Assembly (NCBI GenBank): GCA_963720465.1
Contig: OY970393.1
Location: forward strand, 64,001 to 128,000
DNA length: 64,000 nucleotides
Origin: Methanobacteriota archaeon
Lineage (GTDB): Archaea > Halobacteriota > Bog-38 > Methanoflorentales > Methanoflorentaceae
Reading direction: 5' to 3'
Shown: one piece after another, positions 1-10,314 of the stretch
How the letters are laid out: each line of letters starts with the position of its first letter
Position numbering within the stretch: position 1 is the first letter of the stretch
Position numbers and translations under genes: made by a program
Notes under the pieces: model-generated
Database searches by the model: none
What the model saw: only the letters and a program-made list of their open reading frames with translations
Told to the model about the DNA's origin: nothing

Positions 1-174
1 CCATGATTACAACGAAGTTACCTATATATTGACATAGCTAAATGAGCACGCCTCTACTTACTGCGATACGTCCTTGATTTTTCGATCTGACAGCGGCACA
101 GGAGATTAAAGCAAATCGGCAATCAACGGGCGCAGAAGCTTCCGTTTAAAAGCTGACGCAAATCTCCAAAGGTT

Positions 175-536
175 TGACTGCCTTAAAAACGTCGTACACG
201 AGGGCCCTCGGATTTTACACTTTCGCTCTACTTAGCTAACAACTACCCAGATAGGCTCACCATCTTGCCCCATGAAGAACGATCGCGTAGAGGTCGATGA
301 ACTCATCCTTGAAATCGCGGACTACAAAAACGACTATGCCGATATCGCCGCCGAAAAACTTTTTAGGAAGTGCTCGACCAGTTGGGAAGCTTATCAATAC
401 CTACAAGACCGTACGCACGATGCTTGGCTACCCGACAGCGCACGGCAGCAGTTGCGACGAATTATCAAGAGGATACAGGTGCACATGCATCAGTGTCGCG
501 AATACGGCTACGCATATGAGGGGTCGTGAGCGCAAC
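175..536 (+). repeat. ~360-bp repeat copy A (small ORF plus ~100 bp conserved upstream); inverted copy at 16413-16781
   Basis: tgactgcctt..cgtcgtacacgaggg..ctttcgctctacttagctaacaactacccagatagg..atg aligns with the reverse complement of 16679-16781; the ORFs are near-identical. Confidence 0.9.
272..529 (+). CDS. hypothetical small protein (85 aa), paralog of 16448-16678
   Basis: EVDELILEIADYKNDYAD..WEAYQYLQDR..WLP.SARQQLRRIIKRI conserved between the two copies. Confidence 0.7.
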   Translation: MKNDRVEVDELILEIADYKNDYADIAAEKLFRKCSTSWEAYQYLQDRTHDAWLPDSARQQLRRIIKRIQVHMHQCREYGYAYEGS

Positions 537-576
537 TTTCTAGGAGCGCGGCCATTTACCTGGTGAAGATTGTCAC

Positions 577-1398
577 TCAGCCCTTGATAAAGGAGAGCAA
601 GTCGGCGTTCAACTGATCTTGGCAGATGGTGGGCAATCCGTGCGGTGCGCTCTTGTAAATCTTCAATGTTGCCAGCGGCGCGATTTCGACAGTACGCAGC
701 GCTGCGGCTTGAATTGGCACTATCTGGTCATCATCGCCGTGCACGACCAACGTAGGTATAGTCATCTTCTTCAGATCCTCGGTAAAGTCGGTCTCGGAAA
801 ATTGCTTGATGCAATCGTACACTCCAGTCATCCCCGCCAGCATTCCTTGTAGCCAGAAGGATTCGCGAACGCCCTCAGATACGTTGGCACCTTGCCGATT
901 ATAGCCATAAAAGGGCAGCGTAAAGTCCTTGAAAAACTGCGCGCGGTTATCAAACACTTGTTTCCGAATGTCGTCGAACACAGCAAGCGGCGTGCCCTTG
1001 GGATTGGCTGCTGTTTTGAGCATCAGCGGCGGGACCGCGCTGACAAGCACTGCCTTGGCGACGCGGGCTGTGCCGTGCCGTGCAATATAGCGAGCGACTT
1101 CGCCGCCGCCTGTGGAGTGACCAACCATCACCATCTCACGCAGGTTTAGCGTTTCGGTAAGATCGGCAAGATCGTCCGCGTATTGGTCCATCGTGTTGCC
1201 GTCCCACGTCTGTTCCGAACGTCCGTGACTTCGGCGGTCATGCGCAATCACACGATAGCCGTTTTGCGTCAGAAACAGCATCTGGACGTCCCACGCGTCG
1301 GCACTGAGTGGCCAGCCGTGACTAAACACGACGGGCTGACCGTTGCCCCAGTCCTTGTAATAGATCTGCGTGCCGTCTTTGGTTTTGATTGTGCTCAT
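577..1398 (-). CDS. cpo: non-heme chloroperoxidase-like alpha/beta hydrolase
   Basis: [25 protein letters not shown] nucleophile elbow, [13 protein letters not shown]. Confidence 0.9.
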   Translation of the reverse strand: MSTIKTKDGTQIYYKDWGNGQPVVFSHGWPLSADAWDVQMLFLTQNGYRVIAHDRRSHGRSEQTWDGNTMDQYADDLADLTETLNLREMVMVGHSTGGGEVARYIARHGTARVAKAVLVSAVPPLMLKTAANPKGTPLAVFDDIRKQVFDNRAQFFKDFTLPFYGYNRQGANVSEGVRESFWLQGMLAGMTGVYDCIKQFSETDFTEDLKKMTIPTLVVHGDDDQIVPIQAAALRTVEIAPLATLKIYKSAPHGLPTICQDQLNADLLSFIKG

Positions 1399-1872
1399 CT
1401 TTCTCTCCTTGAGTTTAGGAACAGTGATTTTTTTTCTTTACATGATCTCTAGTTTGTTAATTCGACGAGTCTCCCAGATTGAGAAGGTGTTCCCTGACTT
1501 TGTTGGTTGGTAGCAAGCCCAATTTTATTTGTATCTTTTCCATTGAAAGCGCAAGATAGCTAGCTAAGAGCATCGGGACGACCGGATCTTTGAGATAGAC
1601 TATCCTCACTCAAGTTGAAGACCTAAGATACCGTCAAGCGTGACCACATTTCTTCTGCGCGAGACGACCTGTTAGTTTCCCACCGCACGGGTAGACCGCT
1701 TTACGCTGCCGTTCAGGAGATGCACATATGATGAATAGTCAGCGTGCAAGAATTACGCTCATTACGCTCGCAGTGACGAACAAGGGCCATTTTGATGCGA
1801 ATATCGCCCTTAGAACAAAGCGATCATGCATCATGGAGGTGGTTGTAAAAAACATCGACTAGGAGGCGAACG

Positions 1873-2118
1873 ATGATAGAAAATGGGCTAATCTTAACGG
1901 GCAGCGACGCGGAGCTGAGCCGTGCGCTTTCAGAGGTCAAGACAAAAGTCTATGAGGAGACCGAGACGAGTTTGGATGATACCCAGGCACTAGATGCCAT
2001 TGTTTCGTGTTTCAAAACTATGGAGAAAGAAGAACAGGAAACACGTCATGCATATCTTAGCCCCTTGCGTAAGCGGCTTGTCCTGGCCACGCTTCTCGAC
2101 AGGCAACACCTCGAATGA
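1873..2118 (+). CDS. hypothetical protein (81 aa)
   Basis: ORF with GGAGG RBS upstream. Confidence 0.55.
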   Translation: MIENGLILTGSDAELSRALSEVKTKVYEETETSLDDTQALDAIVSCFKTMEKEEQETRHAYLSPLRKRLVLATLLDRQHLE

Positions 2119-2435
2119 AAGTGTTTGATGCATCAGGCCTGTGGAGGCAAGCCGTTCGTCACGGACGCGAACACGCTTTCCACATAGATGCCTCAGATTG
2201 ATGTATTATTAATTCATTTCGGCACGTTCGAGGACGGTACGTTTGCATACGCGTCCGGCAGATTCCGTCGCGCAATCAGCAAACGATGGCGCAGATTTTT
2301 TTTGTTGAAAGCGCGACGAACTAACTTACACAGGTGCGTCTTCTTTGCGTCAAGGCGCAATACAGGGTTATAGGTGCATTTCACGGAAGTGTCTGGTTGT
2401 ATGTAACTGTTAGCGGTCAAGTCTCGCTTAAATGC

Positions 2436-3401
2436 TCATCCGCTTGATCGATCATCCAACCACTCCGTGATGACGGCAATGGCTTCTTCATCGAGAACGC
2501 GACCTTCAGCGTTGTAATGCGCCCCAACTTCAACGGCGGTAAGCTCGTCTCGAAGTCGAGGTTCATACTTGAGCACGTGGTCCGCGTTCTCTGGATAGGC
2601 AAACGTCACGTTGCCGCTCCCTGCGGTCGCTGTTTCCAGCGCACCTCCATCTTTACGCCAATCGACCTGGATATCCTTCTTGCCGATCACGACGAGGGTC
2701 GGTTCAGAGACGCGTGCTACAAAGCAGGAAGGGTCTTCCACCCACAGCTCACGGGCGAAAGGCAGATTGACGGGGGTTTCTAAACTCCGCAAGAGATCCT
2801 TCACCCCATCTGGCAGCAATGGGTCGGGCCCCATAGGTTTGCCCGCTACAAACGCTTCTATGCACGCGTCATAGCGCTTCATAAGTTCATCCCCATTGGG
2901 GAGCGGTGCGGCTTGCGCCAGCAATTGATCACGTGCCACGAGGCCAACGGGACGGCCGGGAGCGCCAGTCAGAATAAGCCCCTTGAACCGATTAACAGGT
3001 GTCTGTAGCTGATAGTGCAGGGCGTGAATGGCCCCCTCGCTGTTCGTCAACACAAACAACCGCGAGGGGTCGATGTTGGGAGTTGACACCAGCGTGGTGA
3101 TGGCGCCGGCCAGCTCGTCAACGTGTCCCTGCATACTGATTTTGCCGACAAGGCGTGGGAGGTTCTCGCGCACGTGTGGCCCGGCGGCACGTTTGTCATA
3201 ACGAAGCGTTGCAAATCCTACGTGGGCAAGAGCGTGAGCAAGGAGCCGTCCGCTGCAATTAGTGCCCGGTAGAAGCGGGGAGCACCAATCTCGATCGGTC
3301 GGTCCACTGCCAGCGACAAAGACGATTGCGGGCTGTTCCCCACTGCCAGCTGGACGTGTCAGGGTTCCGTAGACCGCGATTCCGTCGACATCCCACGTCA
3401 A
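2436..3401 (-). CDS. alpha/beta fold hydrolase
   Basis: GSGPTDRD, RYDKR, T-N-S-E-G elbow, G.KD.QV and ADHVLK motifs. Confidence 0.85.
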   Translation of the reverse strand: MTWDVDGIAVYGTLTRPAGSGEQPAIVFVAGSGPTDRDWCSPLLPGTNCSGRLLAHALAHVGFATLRYDKRAAGPHVRENLPRLVGKISMQGHVDELAGAITTLVSTPNIDPSRLFVLTNSEGAIHALHYQLQTPVNRFKGLILTGAPGRPVGLVARDQLLAQAAPLPNGDELMKRYDACIEAFVAGKPMGPDPLLPDGVKDLLRSLETPVNLPFARELWVEDPSCFVARVSEPTLVVIGKKDIQVDWRKDGGALETATAGSGNVTFAYPENADHVLKYEPRLRDELTAVEVGAHYNAEGRVLDEEAIAVITEWLDDRSSG

Positions 3402-3843
3402 CTCTTCACTTTTGTACGCTTGTGTTTCAGCCGTGATATCGCCACGATCAAAGTGTACGGTGCGGTGCGGCTAAGCTTTTTCCGTCTTGTGTTGATAACA
3501 TGCGCATTCTCTTTGCAGACAGAAGCTGTTGTGAGCTAAGCTTGCAAGTCACTGGGCACGTAACTAGAAACCTTTATGCATCTATGATTTTCTCGACATA
3601 TGACTCACGTATGCTGATGCAGCGAACGTGTATAGTCCTCTAAGCCTCGAATCCCGCAGATGAGGATATGAGCTCCTATTTAATCAGACACCAAGTAGAT
3701 TAATTACTTGAGAGGAATCAGCGGATTTGGCGCATCAGCTTCTTTCGGTCTCCAAAAAATGTAGAAATTCGGTGAATAATTCTCTACCGCTTCAGCCATA
3801 TGCGGTACTTACTATTGATCCCCTTTTTTTGGCACGTAGCAAG

Positions 3844-4071
3844 CTACGCTGAACTTGCCGTACCAACGTATCTGAAAATGTGAACCCAGAGATTGATCGC
3901 CATAGGTACCATTGTCACAATGATAGCCAAGATGACGAACAGCGGAGTTATTTTTGTTTTTCCGCTCCAGATTACGTAAAACATGAGCGCGTCTGTGACA
4001 GCTACGATGATAGTTGCTATGACAAGTGATCTCAAAAAGAGATTGTTCGGAAAAATGATTTCACGAACCAC
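3844..4071 (-). CDS. small two-TM membrane protein
   Basis: GGAGGAG RBS, GTG start, two hydrophobic segments. Confidence 0.6.
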   Translation of the reverse strand: MVREIIFPNNLFLRSLVIATIIVAVTDALMFYVIWSGKTKITPLFVILAIIVTMVPMAINLWVHIFRYVGTASSA

Positions 4072-4240
4072 GGTTTACTCCTCCAGCTTCGCTGTTGATT
4101 TGATTCAACAGCAACAACTTGGTAGCTTAGTTGGGTATTCGCCGATGCTTTATAAATCCATAATAAACGTCCTCAGGCAAAGGGTGATAAACATCGCAAC
4201 GGGTATAAGACGACGCTCCTAATACACTGCGATCTAGAAT

Positions 4241-4884
4241 ATGATTGCCGCGGCCCAGGTACCTGTATCCTCGGGCTCACTTTTCCCATCGAGAATCGCT
4301 GCGCTTGTATTCAGCTTCGTGCTTATCCTCTGGGTTCTTAGTGAAGTCATCGGGGGGGCGGTTCTGCCGGTTAAACGGGGAGGCCGGAGAGTCAAAAGGA
4401 GACGGCAAGACAGGGCTCCTTCCTGTTAGTATACAGTGGCGTCGTCGTGTACTTTCTCATTGCCTTCTCCTTTGCAGGTTCCGGTGTCGCTACGTTGCCA
4501 AGGTCAGTATTCTACCTTGGGATCTGCATCATGGTGCTCGGCATCGCGATCAGGCAACGAGCTATCGCCGTGCTTGGCCGCTTCTTTTCGCGAACGCTCG
4601 CGGTACAAGAAAGGCAAACCGTCGTCGAGACCGGGCCGTACCGTTACGTGCGTCACCCCTCGTACACAGGGGCGCTTGTCTTCTTCGTAGGATATGGACT
4701 TGCCCTCCAGTCGTGGGGAGCGGTGCTTGCGCTCGTGCCAATATTCGCTCTCGTCTACGGGTACCGAATGTACGTCGAGGAGAGGCTCTTAATTGCAGAA
4801 CTCGGCGAAGCCTACGTGCCATACTCGCACAGGACGAAACGGCTTATCTTTTTTGAAGCTCTCTGGGCAGTGAAAGTACCGTGA
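4241..4884 (+). pseudogene. isoprenylcysteine carboxyl methyltransferase family protein, frameshifted near 4414
   Basis: GPYRYVRHPSYTG and EERLL motifs in 4447-4884; adding one G at gacagggctcc joins the 4241 ORF (DRGSFLLVYSG); may be a sequencing error. Confidence 0.8.
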
Positions 4885-4984
4885 AAGCCTTATCCTTCCA
4901 GTATCTCACGTATTTTCGTGCTCAGACAAGGATTCCGAGAACCGCTCCACTCAACTCTGAGCATCTGAAGACTGCCTGCGCTAC

Positions 4985-5311
4985 GTCGTCCGCGGCTAAT
5001 CGCAACGATTAAAGTGTTTGGTATTGTCGGCACGCATTATGCTAGCTTCAGAACTTTACTCGGACCGTTCAATCAAAGAGCACTGCCAAAAAACATACTG
5101 CTAGAAGTCCATAGAAGTAAAATTTCTGTGCATCACGCAAAAACTGGTTACGCGTATCCAGCAATACGGCTACCACACACATTCTCCCGACTTATAGGGC
5201 TACCGACCCGAATCTATCAAACCGTTCACGATGGGGCGCTGGCCTTTGTTGTGGTCATTTCGCCTCAAGAAAAAGTCTCAGAAAACCCAAAATCCTCCGT
5301 CTTCACACGAC
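4985..5311 (+). mobile_element. repeat element copy 1: putative int(N) fragment of a split integrase, ending in tRNA-Val-like anticodon sequence CTTCACACG
   Basis: LPKNILLEVHRSKISVHHAKTGYAYPAIRLPHTFSRLIGLPTRIYQTVHDGALAFVVVISP..SSVFTR; start codon CTG at 5083 where copy 2 has ATG; direct repeat of 7819-8150. Confidence 0.7.
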
Positions 5312-5390
5312 AATCACAAATCAGAGTTACATAGAAAGCGATTTGCGTTTCTGTCGCGAGTTTGTTAAGCCAACGCTGTCGTTTATATCA

Positions 5391-5412
5391 GGCGAAGGTC
5401 GCCGTGTAAAGC
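5391..5412. other. att-like junction: GGCGAAGGTCGCCG (tRNA-Val variable loop/T-stem) overlapping CTTTACACGGCGA on the minus strand
   Basis: shares AAGGTCGCCG with 22341-22350; minus strand reads ttt aca cgg cga (FTRR), like the element ends. Confidence 0.55.
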
Positions 5413-5465
5413 CTGCTTTTCGAATTGTTTAAACTACGCATTTTGGAAATTTACAAAAAAATATG

Positions 5466-6518
5466 TCATTCTTGTGGATGGATGATAACTTTTAAACTAC
5501 CATCCCGCGGTTGGGCAGTCAGTAGAAAGCCTTCAACCGTTTCTTTTAATGGAAAAACATGGGTTATCATATCTGTCACATTAATTCTTTTGTACTGAAT
5601 CCATTTTAAGGCCGTTGAAAGATTATGGAAATCGGCGCCATATGAATGCGTAATAGTAATCTCTTTTTGCCACAGATTCCAGAGATTAATTTCGGATTGG
5701 ATTTCAGGATTAGTGGGAGCAAAAAATAAGATCGTACCCCCTTGTCCGATTGCTTGAAGTGACTGTTTCACACAAATGGGAATCGGTGCGGTCATGATAA
5801 CGGTGTCTGCGCCCAAACCACCGTTAAATGCTTTAAACTTTTTGGGAACATCTTCAGTAGCGAAAATGGTTGCATCAGCGCCGAATTTTTGGGCGACCTT
5901 CAATCGATCGGGATTAATATCGGAAATAGCAATAAATCCCGCACCATTCAACCGGGCCGCTTGAAAATGCAACAATCCGGTTATACCGGCACCAATTATT
6001 AAGACTGATCGACCATCTGAGGTCGAAGCCCATTGTTGCCCACGTAAAACACTTCCAAGGGGTTCAACAAAGGTTCCTATTTCAAAAGAAACCGATTCGG
6101 GAAGGCGTAAAATACCCCGATCCACGTTGATTTCGGGCAGAACAACATATTCTGCAAACGCCCCAAACGCATTTTTAAATTTTGTTTTTTGCAGTGTGTC
6201 ACATGCGGTCGTATGCCCGTGTACACAAGCATTACAAGTGTTACATGCTACGTGATGGGTAACCACGACCCGATCTCCCACTTTCCATTTCGGATCTACT
6301 TTGGAACCGACTTCTGCAATGATTCCTGTGCATTCATGTCCAAAAGCTCCAATACCACCAGGTCTTCCAGCACGCTTAATTCGATACCATTCCATGACAT
6401 CCGACCCACAAACTCCGCACGCCATGATTTTGACTTTGATCTCTCCTGGTCCAACTGATAGATCTTCGACATCTTCGGTGCGAATGTCACTATTCGCATA
6501 GTAGACTGCTGCTCTCAT
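5466..6518 (-). CDS. zinc-dependent alcohol/polyol dehydrogenase (MDR family)
   Basis: CGVCGSD, GHE, CNTCNAC..C structural Zn site, GAGITG. Confidence 0.9.
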   Translation of the reverse strand: MRAAVYYANSDIRTEDVEDLSVGPGEIKVKIMACGVCGSDVMEWYRIKRAGRPGGIGAFGHECTGIIAEVGSKVDPKWKVGDRVVVTHHVACNTCNACVHGHTTACDTLQKTKFKNAFGAFAEYVVLPEINVDRGILRLPESVSFEIGTFVEPLGSVLRGQQWASTSDGRSVLIIGAGITGLLHFQAARLNGAGFIAISDINPDRLKVAQKFGADATIFATEDVPKKFKAFNGGLGADTVIMTAPIPICVKQSLQAIGQGGTILFFAPTNPEIQSEINLWNLWQKEITITHSYGADFHNLSTALKWIQYKRINVTDMITHVFPLKETVEGFLLTAQPRDGSLKVIIHPQE

Positions 6519-6560
6519 TGTATTCGCCGTGGAGAGTAAATTTACAAAGATTTGAAAAAA

Positions 6561-7394
6561 TTAGTCGAGCTTGGATGCATCGGGTAAACTTGCATTGTAA
6601 ATATCCAGGGCTTCCTTTACGGTATGATTTTCATGGACAATTGAACGAATTGCTTTGATCATGCCAATAGGATTGTCATCTTGGAAAATATTTCGTCCGA
6701 AATCAACTCCCACTGCACCCGCTTGGATAGAGTTGTAGACCATTTGAAGAGAGTCAGGAGGACTTGTATGCTTACCTCCTGCAACAACGACAGCAGTTGG
6801 AGAAACAGCGTCAACTAGTTTGGAAAATTCTTCACAATAATAGGTTTTGATAATTCGGGCCCCGGCATCTTGGCAAATACGAGATGCGAGAGCTAGATAG
6901 CGCAAATCTCGAGCCATGTTTTTTCCCACGGCTGTTACCGCTAAAACGGGAATTCCGTATTCTTCGGCTTGATTGATCATTTCGGTGAGATTTATAATAG
7001 TTTGTTGTTGATTAGCAGAGCCAATAAAAACACTGATAGCTACACCGGCCGCATCCATTCGAATAGCTTCTTTAATTGTAACAGTGAGCTTTTCATCACT
7101 TAAATCTTCATTTAAAACGCTATTTCCCCCTGTAGCACGTAACATGACGGGTTTTGATCCGACATCTTCGAACGCAATATTGCTCCGCACTGCCCCGCGT
7201 GTCGTCATCAGACAATCGCAATAGGGAAGTAGTGTTTTTATTGTTTTACTCATATTACGCAAGCCCGTTGTCGGCCCTTGAAAATAGGGATGGTCTATCG
7301 CAAGCATAACTACGCGACTATCTTTCGGATTAATTATCCGGTTCATTCGGCTTTGAATTCCAATATCGAGATATGCATATATCATGGGGGACAC
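6561..7394 (-). CDS. lsrF: LsrF-like class I aldolase/thiolase (DhnA family)
   Basis: MLAIDHPYFQGPTTGL, AVTAVGK, GARIIKTYYC, AGG, GRNIFQ. Confidence 0.85.
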   Translation of the reverse strand: MSPMIYAYLDIGIQSRMNRIINPKDSRVVMLAIDHPYFQGPTTGLRNMSKTIKTLLPYCDCLMTTRGAVRSNIAFEDVGSKPVMLRATGGNSVLNEDLSDEKLTVTIKEAIRMDAAGVAISVFIGSANQQQTIINLTEMINQAEEYGIPVLAVTAVGKNMARDLRYLALASRICQDAGARIIKTYYCEEFSKLVDAVSPTAVVVAGGKHTSPPDSLQMVYNSIQAGAVGVDFGRNIFQDDNPIGMIKAIRSIVHENHTVKEALDIYNASLPDASKLD

Positions 7395-7436
7395 CTAACG
7401 AGAATTAATTGTGCACAACTGTAAAAAAAGTTGGGA

Positions 7437-7655
7437 TTATTTTTGCTTCGGTCTGACGATTTGGTACCCCTTCTCTGTTAACCAATGGTGAAATTCATAG
7501 GTACTATGCAAACAATTGGATGCACAAACCGCCCGAATTTCTTCATATTTAGGAGATTTTTCCACTTCTTTATTCAAAAGCGATTGCATCGGGCATTTAA
7601 CATCATTACAATATTCCCGACGCTTATAATCGATATAACCATCGATCGACCTCAT
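7437..7655 (-). CDS. small Cys/His-rich hypothetical protein
   Basis: YC..VKCP, C...C.H..YEFHHWL..KGY. Confidence 0.7.
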   Translation of the reverse strand: MRSIDGYIDYKRREYCNDVKCPMQSLLNKEVEKSPKYEEIRAVCASNCLHSTYEFHHWLTEKGYQIVRPKQK

Positions 7656-7818
7656 AATTGATGCTTAGAAAAGAAATAAAAAAGGTTTACGGAATAAAAA
7701 TTACCAATGCGAAAATTTTTTCTTTACATATTTGAACGACCAAATCGAATCGCATCGCCCCATCCCAAATTGTTCAACTAAATCGACGTCCTACAGGTGC
7801 GTGGATGCGGTTTGTAGA

Positions 7819-8150
7819 GTCGCCCGCGACTAATCACAACTATTAATGTCTTCTACTAGACTCATTCACCACTATGCTAGAGTCTGAACATTACCTAGAT
7901 CTTTTTCTGTTTTTCCGATGCCAAAACACGAGCTATTAGAAATTAACCGCAATAAAATCTAGGTGTACCACGCAAAAGCACGTTATAGTTATCCGATAAT
8001 CTGATTGCCACATACGTTTTCGACACTTATCGGGTTACCTAGCCGAATCTATCAGACTGTTCACGATGGAACGCTAGCCTTTCTCGTGGTGATTTCACTT
8101 TACGAAAAGACCCCAAAAAGCTCAGAATCCTCCGTCTTCACACGCCGACA
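7819..8150 (+). mobile_element. repeat element copy 2: putative int(N) pseudogene ending CTTCACACGCCGA
   Basis: ATG 7918: MPKHELLEINRNKI*VYHAKARYSYPII*LPHTFSTLIGLPSRIYQTVHDGTLAFLVVIS..SSVFTRR; two in-frame stops; upstream ~100 bp partly conserved with copy 1. Confidence 0.7.
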
Positions 8151-8780
8151 ATACTCTTATTTGATCACGAATCGCCTTCCTAGATAACAGTATAATTGCG
8201 TTATCGGGCGACAGCTACCCCTAGATACACTCCAAGATTCACTCGAAAAATTAGCAAGTTATCTTGTCAAGATGGTAACGAACGCGTGCTGATTAGCGCG
8301 GAGAGATACACACAGCTAAGGCGGAGGTCTCCGCTGGCTCTGGCTTCGTTGATTTTCGGACATCAAAGTTCGCCAGTTGTTAGCTGTACAATCGTAATAC
8401 TTTGACCTCTTATGACCAAAGTTAGAAGACCCAAAAATGAGAAACGACAGATCGGTCGCAATCCTTGCTCAAAATGATGAAAGAGTTCACAAAAACGTGT
8501 CCTCGCATTTTATCAATCGTATTTTATAGGCCGAGGCGAAAGAGATCCAACCAATATCGCTCGCCTATCGTGGAGACCGTGCTTTCGTGCCTCGTCTGTT
8601 GTTTATACCCGTACTTTCAAGTAAGCACTGGAAGTTTAGACAACAGCTCTTTGAGATGCGCCTGCAGGCGTCTCTTTGGCCCCTCAAAAAGGCCAAATTG
8701 CAAGATGATGGCCAAACCACCTACCAACATGACTTTTCTCAACAACGGCATTGAAGTCCACACGATGTCCTTATAGGTAT

Positions 8781-9284
8781 TTAGGTAGAGGAGCGCGTTT
8801 GTTTGGTTGGCAGTTGAAATTGGCCGTTGTTAACAAAGGCAACCTGAGTGGTTTCGTAGTTTTCACTGAAGTTGGTTTGCGGCCTGCCGCTATAGTTGAC
8901 CCAGAAATGGACAGGAGAAACCTCCATCGTGTACGGAATGCCCTTCGCTTGCAGCAAACTTGCGGTGAGGATCGCTCTTGACTTACAGTCTCCCTGCTGT
9001 GATTTGAGCACGTTGCTCGGTGTGGGAAGGTACCAAGCGACTCCGTACGCTTGAAAATCATAAGCGTAGTGAACGTGAGCGTCGACATATTGCTCGATTG
9101 CGCTCCCATTTGCTGGCAGCGATGCTGCAACTTGTTGCACGTCGGCTGTAGGTTTGGTGGGCATCTCGAAGAAGCGGTACACCTCTGTTAGCAGCACTAA
9201 CGGGTTTGGAAAAAGAATCAGCAAGATCCATACTGCAGCAATCGCTTTCTTATGACGCAAAATCTGGTTGATGCTTGGTTTCAC
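8781..9284 (-). CDS. transglutaminase-like domain protein with N-terminal TM (C-terminus possibly truncated)
   Basis: GDCKSRAILTASLL...G, HFWV. Confidence 0.75.
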   Translation of the reverse strand: MKPSINQILRHKKAIAAVWILLILFPNPLVLLTEVYRFFEMPTKPTADVQQVAASLPANGSAIEQYVDAHVHYAYDFQAYGVAWYLPTPSNVLKSQQGDCKSRAILTASLLQAKGIPYTMEVSPVHFWVNYSGRPQTNFSENYETTQVAFVNNGQFQLPTKQTRSST

Positions 9285-9984
9285 GCTGAATACCGCTGGC
9301 CCGTACTGCTGAAAAACAGGCTTGGATCGTAAATAAGTATTCGTTTCTGCGCCTTCAGGCTGAAATAGATCGGGGGCGCGCTCGTGAATGAGTGTAGTAC
9401 CCTCTTAGACGCGCAAAGGTAAGCGGGTTTAGCAGCAAGGTTCTGACGGGCCCCGTGACGGGGCGCGTTGGCCGAATTGAACAGGCGCTTTGGGCGCTAG
9501 GAAATCAAGAAAGATCTCTGTGATGGCGGTGTTCTTCGCTGACCGTCCGCTTCGCCTCGACAAGGGCACATAGCCGAGAGACTGAAGGGTTCGTATCGTT
9601 TCAAACTCCGCGTCTATAAGCTTTGACGCCGCCCGCGTGACGATGCTGTCATTGGCCGCTAGTTGACGACGTGCCACAGTTTAGCCTTGAGCGCATCAAT
9701 CCGATTAATCGCGCCCGTTACCGCCATCGTGACGTCAACCACGCTGCTGTTCGGTTCGATGATGCGTGCCGTTCTAGCTGCTTCCAACATCTCTCCAGAC
9801 GTTTCTTCATTCGTTCGCGGTTAATAGCGTTTGCCAGGCGTAGATAGCTGAAGGTTGCAGCCGGTGCTTGGCCACACGAAAATTAACACGACGGCACTGG
9901 TTCGCACACTAAGGGACGCAGAAATGCGTAGTTTTAGAGCAGTGCTGAAGCTGCAGCAGCTATCCTTGCCTCTATAATTACCTC

Positions 9985-10089
9985 CTACTTGCTGCTGTGG
10001 TGGGCTACGACAGCAGCTTTCCGGCGGTTGTCTTTTTGTTTTGCTGCCTTAGTATCTGTTTTATCATCTTTTCGTCTTTTACTAGGCAT
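9985..10089 (-). CDS. basic micro-protein (34 aa, MPSKRRKDDKTDTKAAKQKDNRRKAAVVAHHSSK)
   Basis: ATG 10089 preceded by GGAG RBS; below the ORF-track cutoff. Confidence 0.45.
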   Translation of the reverse strand: MPSKRRKDDKTDTKAAKQKDNRRKAAVVAHHSSK

Positions 10090-10314
10090 TTTTCAACTCC
10101 TTTTACATTGTAACCCGCAATGAGCTTTTACAGCTAGCTTTGCCGGCCTTTGTTGTCAGTTATGTACTTTAACTCTCCGCGTCGTCGAGCACCATGTGCT
10201 GCCGTAGGCGGTAAACAGAAAAACGTAGACCTTATTCTTCCGAATCTCCTCATCACTTGTGAGAATCAATAATATGCTTATCGGCGTGTTGGAGTGCTGG
10301 TAGCAGAGTTGCTA

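Noticed and set aside
2334-2361. minus-strand CGCCTTGAC..GAAG as another att
   Set aside because: Only a 9-bp match and no int(N) homology upstream
7741-7770. TCGAATC...CCCATC as a tRNA 3' end remnant
   Set aside because: No T-stem pairing and too few matches
8437-8760. degraded int(C) start downstream of copy 2
   Set aside because: No recognisable motif; cannot be supported without a search
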